Positions 7,946-16,704 of a DNA stretch of 64,000 bases are shown in pieces. The notes beneath the pieces were generated by a model. It was given only the letters and a program-made list of their open reading frames with translations, did not search any database and was not told the origin of the DNA. The stretch comes from Myxococcota bacterium (GTDB taxonomy: Bacteria > Myxococcota_A > SURF-8): the NCBI GenBank assembly GCA_965140415.1, contig OZ223209.1:4360986-4424985 (forward strand), given 5' to 3'. The number at the start of each line of letters is the position of its first letter. The stretch's first letter is position 1. The translations under genes were made by a program, and so were the position numbers.

Positions 7946-10801
7946 ATGAGCAGAATCAATCGAAACTGGTTCCTTTTTGCAACGATGCTGATAATGTCCC
8001 TGTTTGCATTCGGCTGCTGGGGAGAAGACGAGAACGAAGTCGATCCCTGCACGCGCGACGCACAATGCCCTAATAGCGAACGTTGCGTAGAAGGCGTCTG
8101 CACTCCGGTAGATGATCCGTCCGATGGAGATGAAGAAGACACGCGCGACTGCCAAACCGGCGAAATCGATTCCTGCCCCTGTTTAGGCGGAACGACCGGC
8201 TCCCGCCTCTGCCAGCAGAACGGGACATGGGGAAGTTGCAATTGCCCTGCGCCACCGGATGGCGATGCAACCGATGGCGACACTGCTGACGGCGATAAAG
8301 CCGATGGTGACTTCACCGACGGCGATGCAATCGACGGCGACCACACCGACGGCGACAGGGACTTCGACTGGGACGATATCGATTGGTGTATCGATGGAGA
8401 CTACTGGGTAGACGGCGATGCCCCCCCAGTCGATGGCGATGCCGATTTCCAGCCTCCGGATGGCGACGATCCGGTTGATGGCGACAGTATCCTTCCAGAC
8501 GGTGACCTACTGGATGGGGACTATACGGACGGAGACCAAATTGTCGATGGCGACGAGCCTCCGAACTACATCTACACCTGCGACGGCAACAACGTTCTTC
8601 GTCAAGACCCGAGTATCGGCAACTGGGAGTTCTTATATAATTGCGAAGAGTATTACATGGTGTGTGAAAACGGTGCCTGTACCACACCGAATCCGGGAGA
8701 CGAAGACGTTCCCAACTATTGCAGCCACGATCTCGAATGTCCTGCCGGCTATGCCTGCCACGATGAATTGAACGAGTGTCGTCCCCTGGAATGCCAGTAT
8801 CATCAAACCTGTCTGGGACAGTACGGCAACGGTTTCACCTGTCATTCCGATGGCTTATGTTATCTCGATTGCCTTTACAATGAGGATTGCCAGAGCGGCT
8901 ATAGCTGCGTGCAGGGCATCTGTCGTGCCAGCAATGATTGCAACCCGACCATCGATCATCTCATCATTGCCGAAGGCGATGGTGTGATCAAAACAGGAGT
9001 GAGTAAGTCGCTTTCCGTACGAGCAGTCGATATCTACGGCAACTTGGTCAACCATGCCCTGGCATTCATCTGGGAAAGCGATTCGCCAAGCGTGGTGAGC
9101 GTAAACGCCAATGGAGAAATTACCGGGCAATCTGCCAATGGCACTGCCACCATCAGCGCGCGTATCTCCTGTAACTCACTGGCAGTAGCGCAGGTCAGCT
9201 ATACCAACTACACCGTATCTAGCAGCGGACTTCGAGTGATCGCAATCGACACCATAACCGGTCTGCCTGTTTCAAACGCTACCGTACTTGCAGTGCAGGG
9301 CGAAACCCCTTACAGTCAAACGACCGTGAACGGCCAGGCAACATTCAACAATCTGGATTGCGGCAATACCGCCTGCGACGTGCATATCCTACATCCGGAT
9401 TACAGCTATGTCAGCGCATTCGGTCTGCAAAACAACGATCTGTATTTCCCGCTTCAGCCGAACCGGGATCTATCGATTGCGGCGGGAGTCAAAGGAAATC
9501 TCGATTTCGAACCCATCCCTGATATCATTCGGCAAGACATCGACTCCGGAGCCGCAGCCTTTTCCATTACCGGAGACTGGGCCGACATCGCCTATGAAGA
9601 TCTGCTCGGTGAAACCGTCATGACCCGCCTGAGACTCGGATCGGTTTTCGATGATATCGTCCCCATCGACAGCGCACGTGAATCCTACCTTCACGATGAT
9701 CCGATGTTCGAACAATACCGGGCGCTTGCGCAACCCGGAGCCAAGGCATTGTGGGGGTTTGCCGGATCTTTCAGTTTAAATGACATTATTACAATTGTAA
9801 CCTCAGTCATGGGAGACGAGTTTGATCTGATCCTATACCAGCAATTAATGAGCCCAATGCTGGAAGACTATTACTTCGACGTTCAGCCCGGCTTCGATCT
9901 CCAACCCGAACCGCGTCTGTTCGATGCGGAAGACCTGAACGGAAATAACAGCACCACCGACATGATACCCGATTACGCCGCACTGGATGATGTCGGCGGA
10001 ATTCTCCGGGCGGAATTCGTCCAAGGCCAGCGTATCGCGCTTCAATTCGGTGATTTGCCCGACATGCAGAGTGGTTGCGGTGACAGCGTATTCGCCATGA
10101 TCGCGGCCAACGAGGCGGGAAGCGGTCTGACGCCGCAAGGATTCACCTGGGGACTGGATGATGATGCGGAAGACTTCAATCCCGGAGATTGCAAAGTCGG
10201 TTCCGAAAATAATGGAGTCTTCACCCTGCCCAGCAGCATCTCCGGTTCGATTTTGCAGCCGGAAAATTACACGATAATGGGAATGGCGCTTTCCTTATCC
10301 GGAATCAATATCGAGCAGGACCAAATGATGGCTTCGATGGTCATAGGCCCCGGTATCGACCTCCCCAGCTTCGCCCGATATGTGGATCATTCCGTAGTCT
10401 TCAAGCGCTTCGCCTCGCTGCCGCTTACAGCCCAGATGCCGGAATTCCTGGACATTCCACTTTCCGCGCAGTACGACTATACCAATGAGGCGCACACGTT
10501 ACAGACAGATGCCGTGGCGGGTGCGTCTTTCTACCGGGCGCTGCTGTTCAGCGAAGATGAATCGAGCCAGCAGCGGCGTTGCTGGCAGGTTTACTGGCCG
10601 GCGGACCGGCAGAGCGTCAGTTTCGAGCAACCGGAAGGTGCGCAACAACGATTGGTCGATTTGCTCGGATTTTCGAGCGTGCAGGCGTTGAAACTGACCG
10701 GGCAAGTGAACTACCAGTATCTGATGCAATTTAACGACTTGAACCTGGATCAACTTAACCATGTCTTACAGGCGTATTCACAACATCCCGTACAGGATTA
10801 A
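7946..10801 (+). CDS. Large cysteine-rich lipoprotein with a DGD-repeat array, a Big_2-like Ig domain and a carboxypeptidase-regulatory-like domain
   Basis: This is an internal ATG of ORF 7736..10801, preceded by AGGAGG at 7933-7938. MSRINRNWFLFATMLIMSLFAFGC carries the lipobox. I count 16 DGD tripeptides within ~100 aa. IIAEGDGVIKTGVSKSLSVRAVDIYGN...VVSVNANGEITGQSANGTATISA is Big_2-like. Confidence 0.8.
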   Translation: MSRINRNWFLFATMLIMSLFAFGCWGEDENEVDPCTRDAQCPNSERCVEGVCTPVDDPSDGDEEDTRDCQTGEIDSCPCLGGTTGSRLCQQNGTWGSCNCPAPPDGDATDGDTADGDKADGDFTDGDAIDGDHTDGDRDFDWDDIDWCIDGDYWVDGDAPPVDGDADFQPPDGDDPVDGDSILPDGDLLDGDYTDGDQIVDGDEPPNYIYTCDGNNVLRQDPSIGNWEFLYNCEEYYMVCENGACTTPNPGDEDVPNYCSHDLECPAGYACHDELNECRPLECQYHQTCLGQYGNGFTCHSDGLCYLDCLYNEDCQSGYSCVQGICRASNDCNPTIDHLIIAEGDGVIKTGVSKSLSVRAVDIYGNLVNHALAFIWESDSPSVVSVNANGEITGQSANGTATISARISCNSLAVAQVSYTNYTVSSSGLRVIAIDTITGLPVSNATVLAVQGETPYSQTTVNGQATFNNLDCGNTACDVHILHPDYSYVSAFGLQNNDLYFPLQPNRDLSIAAGVKGNLDFEPIPDIIRQDIDSGAAAFSITGDWADIAYEDLLGETVMTRLRLGSVFDDIVPIDSARESYLHDDPMFEQYRALAQPGAKALWGFAGSFSLNDIITIVTSVMGDEFDLILYQQLMSPMLEDYYFDVQPGFDLQPEPRLFDAEDLNGNNSTTDMIPDYAALDDVGGILRAEFVQGQRIALQFGDLPDMQSGCGDSVFAMIAANEAGSGLTPQGFTWGLDDDAEDFNPGDCKVGSENNGVFTLPSSISGSILQPENYTIMGMALSLSGINIEQDQMMASMVIGPGIDLPSFARYVDHSVVFKRFASLPLTAQMPEFLDIPLSAQYDYTNEAHTLQTDAVAGASFYRALLFSEDESSQQRRCWQVYWPADRQSVSFEQPEGAQQRLVDLLGFSSVQALKLTGQVNYQYLMQFNDLNLDQLNHVLQAYSQHPVQD

Positions 10802-11507
10802 CCGGCACAACACATCGATTGCCCGGTGGTTTCGCTCTTTTACAAATCTACTCGTTATAGCCTTCTGCTTCAGTGGCTGGCTTTTAGCTTGCGGTTCGGA
10901 TAAAGCCGAACCCGAATGCTATGGCAGTGCCGATTGCCAGACCGGACAGATCTGCATCAACGGCGTTTGCAGCGGAAGCAGCACGGGAGACGGTGACAGC
11001 GACCAAAGCTGCGAGGAGGGAGACGCTACCATCTGTACCTGCGCCAATGGCGCTCCCGGCTTGAAAGAATGCCTGGCCAGTGGAAGTTGGGGAAGTTGCG
11101 AATGTGAAATTTCCCTTTCAGACGGCGACGATGAAACCAACCCCTACGTTCCCGATGGCGATGAAGACGACCAGGAAAGCGATTTGCTTTGCGTCCCCTA
11201 CTCCCTGCGACTTTGCACCTGCAATTCGGGAGCGTCGGGAACTCAATTCTGCCTGGAAGATGGTCAAAGCTGGGACATCTGCCGCTGCTCGTCTAGCACA
11301 GATGGCGACGATGAAAGCAGCGAACTCGATGCAGAACCGGAAACAGTCTGCCTGCCCGACGAGGTTCGCTGCGATGGCGACCGCTTGATGGGCTGCGTCG
11401 ATGGCGACTGGCAACTCGTTCGCAACTGCGGTTTTGAAGGACTTATTTGTTTGGATAACGCCTGTCAAAACGAAATTGACGGCGACGAAGAAACGGATTC
11501 GAAGTAA
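10761..11507 (+). CDS. Cysteine-rich lipoprotein with DGD motifs
   Basis: The lipobox is WLLACGS. It has repeated C-x-C modules (CYGSADCQTGQICINGVCSG) and DGDDE motifs. The listed ATG overlaps the upstream gene by 41 nt, and I saw no ATG/GTG/TTG closer to the signal peptide, so the start is uncertain. Confidence 0.6.
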   Translation: MSYRRIHNIPYRINRHNTSIARWFRSFTNLLVIAFCFSGWLLACGSDKAEPECYGSADCQTGQICINGVCSGSSTGDGDSDQSCEEGDATICTCANGAPGLKECLASGSWGSCECEISLSDGDDETNPYVPDGDEDDQESDLLCVPYSLRLCTCNSGASGTQFCLEDGQSWDICRCSSSTDGDDESSELDAEPETVCLPDEVRCDGDRLMGCVDGDWQLVRNCGFEGLICLDNACQNEIDGDEETDSK

Positions 11508-11527
11508 AACAACCGCTTTTACCCGTT

Positions 11528-12229
11528 TTACCCACGTTTACCTTGCAATAACTGCTGAATAATCTCACGCGCGGATTGAGACTGCGGCGGGGGTTGCATG
11601 CGCTCGTTAATCAAGTCGGCCACGGTTTGGGCGGTCCAATCGGGAGAGACTTCGTGCTTAGCTGACGTCTCTTCATCGCTCTGTTGACCGCCTTCTTTTT
11701 GCCCACTCGAAGCGGACGAATCGGAAGCATCTTCTGATTTTAAAGAATTGTCAGCATTCGGACTCTGTGCGCGTTCGCGTTCGTACGCATCATAGGCCTC
11801 GGCCAGCAAGTCGCCTTTTTCCACCAGCCGCTGGGCAGTACCGGCCTTGTCGTCCACCAACTCGTCGAATTCCTCCAGCAACTCGCCGATATCGCCGTTG
11901 TCACCGTTGTCACCATTCTCTTCCAGGCTTTCATCGTCCGCCTGTACCACGACTTCCGGCTGCGGCTCTTGTTGCTCATCGAACTCACCGGAGGTAAGCT
12001 GATGCACCATTTTCCGGTGCGAACGCCGCATGATCGCAATGACTTTTTTTTCCAGCTTGTCGGGCTCCAGCTCCAAGTGCTCGTTATACTTGGTTTTTAC
12101 AGACGCCAGTATCGTGCCATCCAAAAACAGATGTGAAATCACATGACCGTATTTCGGTCCGGAATCCTCCGTTTGGATATGGTAGATTTTTTCGTTTCTT
12201 TTGATATTGCTGTTGAGACCCGGAATCAT
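11528..12229 (-). CDS. Hypothetical protein: conserved N-terminal YHIQTEDSG-type domain plus a long acidic disordered tail
   Basis: The N-terminal KIYHIQTEDSGPKYGHVISHLFLDGTILASVKTKY resembles a domain I recall from Myxococcota hypothetical proteins (YHVQTEDSG...). The remainder is E/D/Q/S-rich. Confidence 0.6.
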   Translation of the reverse strand: MIPGLNSNIKRNEKIYHIQTEDSGPKYGHVISHLFLDGTILASVKTKYNEHLELEPDKLEKKVIAIMRRSHRKMVHQLTSGEFDEQQEPQPEVVVQADDESLEENGDNGDNGDIGELLEEFDELVDDKAGTAQRLVEKGDLLAEAYDAYERERAQSPNADNSLKSEDASDSSASSGQKEGGQQSDEETSAKHEVSPDWTAQTVADLINERMQPPPQSQSAREIIQQLLQGKRG

Positions 12230-12409
12230 GTGCGCCCTCGGAAGAGAGAAGAATACCTTAATACGAACATCCGCTATTCTTCGGTATACTTGGATGCGGG
12301 AAAGCCGTCAATCGTTTCTTTTAATCGTTTCAGTATCCGAACAATCGAAACGATGCGGGAAACTCCCCCAAATTCGTTCTCTGTCATCGAATCGGGGAGA
12401 CAAGCACAC

Positions 12410-14638
12410 CTAACGCCGTTTGTGCCAACGCCGGGATCGACTTCCAAGCCAACCACCTTTTTGCTGTTGCATCAATTCTCTAAGCTTCGTGGCGGCTCGC
12501 TCCTGGCTGATTTTCCCACTCAGCAAATCATTCGTGATGTTATCCGCCTGCACGGTTCGCCAGATGCTGGCCACGAAATCGAATAACATCTCGATTTGTC
12601 GCGCACCCCATAGCGCCGGAGACAAAGCCCGGTGCTCGTGTAAGCCTTTGGCCGCTTCCGAGTACACCCCATTCAAGCGATCATACAATTTTCGCAGAGC
12701 GGGCCGCAAAGGCTCCCAGGCGGCGCTGGTCTGATCCAGCAGACTTTCGATCTTCATCAGTGCGGCGTGGCTGTCCATCACACCATAGTCCTCAAACGAC
12801 ATCAACTGGATGATCGCATCCTGCCAGTCATCCGGATTCTCGGTATCAAAACGCCCCAGTTGGGTCAACACACGATCGTATGCCTGCCAACGATACACAA
12901 TCTCCAGACCCGGTCCTTTGATGTTCTGCATTCCCATGATTTTAGCATGATAGCCCGGCGGCACCTGACCCGCGATAAAGTGAATCAGCGGATCGCCCTT
13001 GATGGCGGAATCTCTTAGAACGACGACACTGCGTAAAACCTGCTCGACAAGGCGCTTACGATACTGGCGATTCAACTGTTCGATAGCGCCATTGGAAGCG
13101 CCTTTCTCTTCGAATAGCTGTTGCAAGTCCCTGGCGATTGAATCCATCACCAGATGTCTGGCGGCGGTTTCGGCAAGAAACGGAAGGCTTGCGGAACCGA
13201 CTGAAAATCGGAATTCCTTGTCCTGCAACAAAATGGACTCTACTTCCTGTAGCGAATGCCCCTTGATCTTTCTATGCTGCGCTTCACACCAGTTTTCCCA
13301 CTGCTCTTCGCTCCACTTACCGATGCGGTCGCTTTCGGGTAGTTGCTCAAACATCATCCGAATCGCAGTCAGAGCATCGGAATCCAGCCGCATGGCCGTG
13401 CATATCATTTCCAAACGTTTTTCAGCCCGTGGCCGTTCCCGCTCGGGATCGTTCTTGAATTCCGTAATGTCAATGAGCGCCCACTTTCCGTAGCGCAGTT
13501 TCAACTCGTTATTGATAAACCCACGCATACCGCGAACGTTCGATCCGACCACGATGTAACGATGGGCGAACACATCTTCAACGAGAATGCGGGCAAACAC
13601 CTGAGACCGGCTGATGCGATCGGCACGGTTATTGATCAAAGCCACCGCCCAACGATTTAGATCCCCTTCCTGCCCAATGCGTTCGAAACCGGTTCGTCTC
13701 CAATTGTTCATGAAACCGGCGCGTTCGTTGGCCGACATGCCATTAACGAACTGCAACCAGCGCCCGGAAACTTCGGCCTGCGGAAATACGCGCAGCACTC
13801 CTATTTCCGGCACGACCCGTTCGGTCATTTCCACCAGTGCCTGCTCGCGATCGATTCCCAACTCCTCCGCCAATCTCAACACCAATGCCACGTTGGCGGG
13901 ATGTTCCTCGTAAGGAAAGCGCTGCATCATCATGCGTGGCACCAATAAAGGATCGCGTTCATTGACCACCATCAACTCGCTATCCATACGCCGCGCCTCT
14001 TCCTTTAACAACGGAAGCATCTGCACTTCGGTCGTCAGCACTTTTCCCTTTTTCGGAATGAAGTGCGAGATCACCTGGGCGACATCGAAACCGCTTGGAC
14101 CTTGAATATCCTCGTGGTCGGGATAGGCATTGGTGATGGTGGTGTAATCATCGCGCATCCACTGGCGCTGGAGAATTTCGACATAACGTTGGTTTAATGC
14201 CATGCACTCCCACAAAAACACCTGGGAATTGCTCTTTGCCGCCAAAGACAACAGCTTTTCCTGTTCCCAAATGGAAGCCTTGTCGTAAGGTCGGAAGATG
14301 TAAAGCTCCAAAGGATCGCGTCCGGGCAGCGAACGAATGAACATGGCCGAGGAACCGGTGGTCTTGGCGACTACATGGCTATCCAGACTCGCGAAAAGCG
14401 CAGCTTTCAATCGCTCGGTGCCGCTTTTTCCCCGCGTTCCCCAACCACCGATCACCAATGGTACTTTTGCCCGACTTCTGTAAATCCTCTGAAATGCAAA
14501 GGAATGCCGAGCAAGAAAATAAAGTGCCACGAGTAACGTAAAGACCATCAAGCTGAAAATAAGATTACCGGTGGGCGACAGGAAGTAACTCAAATAGGGA
14601 CGAATGGCCAGTTCCAAGCTGGTGTATAGATCTTTCAC
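12410..14638 (-). CDS. PgsB/CapB-like amide ligase (Mur-ligase fold) with an N-terminal membrane anchor and a ~340-aa C-terminal extension
   Basis: GTG start within a GTGA overlap with the upstream stop. Blocks align by eye with remembered B. subtilis PgsB:
- GGWGTRGKSGTERL vs INGIRGKSTVTRL
- VAKTTGSSAMFI vs VGKTTGTDARMI
- WECMALNQRY vs SECMAVNPDY
- AYPDHEDIQGPS vs VLEDHMDVMGPT
- QFVNGMSANE vs HFVNGFAAND
- INNRADRISRSQ vs MNCRADRVDRTQ. Confidence 0.85.
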   Translation of the reverse strand: MKDLYTSLELAIRPYLSYFLSPTGNLIFSLMVFTLLVALYFLARHSFAFQRIYRSRAKVPLVIGGWGTRGKSGTERLKAALFASLDSHVVAKTTGSSAMFIRSLPGRDPLELYIFRPYDKASIWEQEKLLSLAAKSNSQVFLWECMALNQRYVEILQRQWMRDDYTTITNAYPDHEDIQGPSGFDVAQVISHFIPKKGKVLTTEVQMLPLLKEEARRMDSELMVVNERDPLLVPRMMMQRFPYEEHPANVALVLRLAEELGIDREQALVEMTERVVPEIGVLRVFPQAEVSGRWLQFVNGMSANERAGFMNNWRRTGFERIGQEGDLNRWAVALINNRADRISRSQVFARILVEDVFAHRYIVVGSNVRGMRGFINNELKLRYGKWALIDITEFKNDPERERPRAEKRLEMICTAMRLDSDALTAIRMMFEQLPESDRIGKWSEEQWENWCEAQHRKIKGHSLQEVESILLQDKEFRFSVGSASLPFLAETAARHLVMDSIARDLQQLFEEKGASNGAIEQLNRQYRKRLVEQVLRSVVVLRDSAIKGDPLIHFIAGQVPPGYHAKIMGMQNIKGPGLEIVYRWQAYDRVLTQLGRFDTENPDDWQDAIIQLMSFEDYGVMDSHAALMKIESLLDQTSAAWEPLRPALRKLYDRLNGVYSEAAKGLHEHRALSPALWGARQIEMLFDFVASIWRTVQADNITNDLLSGKISQERAATKLRELMQQQKGGWLGSRSRRWHKRR

Positions 14639-16704
14639 GATTGTTCCTCCAGTTCAAAGAACGAGCGAACATCAGGCAGATCCAAATCGACCTCGACTCC
14701 AAACAACTCGTAACGATAGGGTTCAAATGAAATGCTGAAACCGAGCCGACTGCGTAGCGCCTCGATATAATCGATTCGCTTGGGTCGTTCAAGCTGCTGC
14801 ATGGCATCATAGCGTTTGCGATTATACCATTCGTAATCAAAGTTCAATCGCTGCCTGGCGCGCAAACGCGAAAAGACTCCCTTGGGTTGTTGCACCTTTG
14901 TAATGCCGCAAGAACTATAAAGGGAAACCTCCTTGGAGGCTTCGAGGCAATCGTCTGGTAACGGCAGATAGCGCCCCCATCCTCCCATTCGTTCCACCAA
15001 TACGCGCTCGCCGGGAATGGTGGTCGGGTTGACTTCCGCCAGCCGTTCCGGGTGAGCCCGATGCGCAAAGCCATAAACCCGTCCGCGCGTATGCACGGTG
15101 TCGGAACGCATGTTGGGTCGCAGATGGCGAAACTCGTGCAATAATCTCCAAAGTTTGCGCCGAAAGCGCTCGCCTCGCTGCACTTTCAGCTTCCCATTTT
15201 TCACCGTGGCATACAAACCGGCGTCTGTTCTGGTCAAGCTGGCCATGATCCGCACCGCCTCGACGGCAGAGACTCCCTCTGGCAGCGCAACTTGAAATCG
15301 CTTTCCCCAATCCGTCTTTTCAGCCAAAGAGAATATCCGGTCCCGCAAATCTGTAAGAACGGGATCGATCCCGATTCGAATTTCTTCCAGTAACCCGGCA
15401 ATCCGTTCCGTCTCTCCCGCTTCCTCACGAGCAACCAGGCGTTTGACCAAAGCCTGAACGAGTTTTACTTTTACCGCCTCGCTGTTTTCACCCTCCAAAT
15501 CAAGAACCAGCCGCGCACATTCCTGCTGTGCAATCATGCGCACGACATCATTGGTGTCGCGACTCGCCCACCATCCCAAATAAGCAACCGCTTCATTCGC
15601 CTGACTATCGCCGGCGTTGATTTGGCGCAACAGGCGAGAAATCGTCTCTGCCAGGCGCGCGCGAATCGTGTACACCGAATCCGTCCTGGCGTTTTCCGCC
15701 TCGGCGATTTGCAGCAAGATTTCCAACCCGCCAATCGCCGTAAGCCGATCGCAGGCTTCAACACAAGCCAGTCTGGTATATTCGCTCGCATCGGGACGAT
15801 CGGCCAACTCGGTCAATTCCTTCAAGACCTGCTTTATCGGAACATCCGAATCCGCTAATGCGTGCACCGCATGGGCGCGCAGCAGGTAGCGGTCTCCCGA
15901 TTCATCACCATCGCGCAATATGGGTAGCAGGTGCGTAAGAACGGCCTCTGTCCCCAGTCTTCCCATCAGATCGACCAGAGCAACTCGCACCCAGCGATCT
16001 TCTTCGACATTATTCAATAGCGACAGCAGCTCCTCGCCGTGTCGACTGTATATGCGCTGCTGCAACTCCGGCAACAGGTCAAGTATGGCCAGTATCACTC
16101 TCACCGCCGCCCTGCGAGCCTGTGCCTGACCTTCCCTGTTCAGGTAGTCGATCAGCGATGCGATGGTATTCTGGGCCAGTTCGCTGCCTGAAGGCGAATG
16201 AAGCGAATCGACATTCGCATCGATGGGCCGATATAAGCCTTCCAAAGCTTCCAGCGCCACGATCTGGCGCACCCACAAGGCCCAGCGTCCGATGGTCAGG
16301 CGTTCTTCCATCGCTTCCCAGTCTTCACTGGGAGCACTTTTCTTCCACTTGTCTCCCCACTCCGGCCACAGGTCCGGGCGCTTTCGAATCGTGTCTTCCA
16401 GAATGCTGCGACGTTCTTCTTCATCGGTCGCACGATAATACAACCCACGCCAGCGACGGATATTCTCGTATAATTCCTCTTCTGCCCCATGCCACTGCAC
16501 CAGCAGACGAAGCAGCGTCACGTGCAACGCCCGTGCGACCTCCTGCGGTTCCTTTTTGCGCACACCCGCAGGAATCGACAACGTCACGGAAAGATCCTGC
16601 GCAACCTGTTCCACCGCCTCCGGGTTCAAACGCGCAGTGATGGGCCGAATCAGGCGGACCAGTTCCACACTCCAATCGATTTTGCCTCGTGCTTCGGCTA
16701 CCAT
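14635..16704 (-). CDS. Hypothetical cytoplasmic alpha-helical (HEAT/ARM-like) protein
   Basis: A 689-aa ORF with no signal peptide. It has helical-repeat-like segments (LLPILRDGDESGDRYLLRAHAVHALA..., ACVEACDRLTAIGG). Its start overlaps the upstream stop by 7 nt, and its stop overlaps the PgsB-like start. Confidence 0.6.
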   Translation of the reverse strand: MVAEARGKIDWSVELVRLIRPITARLNPEAVEQVAQDLSVTLSIPAGVRKKEPQEVARALHVTLLRLLVQWHGAEEELYENIRRWRGLYYRATDEEERRSILEDTIRKRPDLWPEWGDKWKKSAPSEDWEAMEERLTIGRWALWVRQIVALEALEGLYRPIDANVDSLHSPSGSELAQNTIASLIDYLNREGQAQARRAAVRVILAILDLLPELQQRIYSRHGEELLSLLNNVEEDRWVRVALVDLMGRLGTEAVLTHLLPILRDGDESGDRYLLRAHAVHALADSDVPIKQVLKELTELADRPDASEYTRLACVEACDRLTAIGGLEILLQIAEAENARTDSVYTIRARLAETISRLLRQINAGDSQANEAVAYLGWWASRDTNDVVRMIAQQECARLVLDLEGENSEAVKVKLVQALVKRLVAREEAGETERIAGLLEEIRIGIDPVLTDLRDRIFSLAEKTDWGKRFQVALPEGVSAVEAVRIMASLTRTDAGLYATVKNGKLKVQRGERFRRKLWRLLHEFRHLRPNMRSDTVHTRGRVYGFAHRAHPERLAEVNPTTIPGERVLVERMGGWGRYLPLPDDCLEASKEVSLYSSCGITKVQQPKGVFSRLRARQRLNFDYEWYNRKRYDAMQQLERPKRIDYIEALRSRLGFSISFEPYRYELFGVEVDLDLPDVRSFFELEEQS

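Noticed and set aside
8258-8556. Short-period repeats, and the 88-bp repeats at 38811-38985, considered as a CRISPR array
   Set aside because: The first set lies in-frame inside a coding gene (the DGD codon array). The second is only two diverged units without spacer structure. No cas genes are present.
10761-10801. 41-nt overlap between the two Cys-rich lipoprotein genes, considered as a frameshifted single gene or pseudogene
   Set aside because: The downstream ORF has its own lipobox signal peptide shortly after the overlap, and the upstream ORF ends in a normal-looking C-terminus. Two genes with an uncertain downstream start is the simpler reading.
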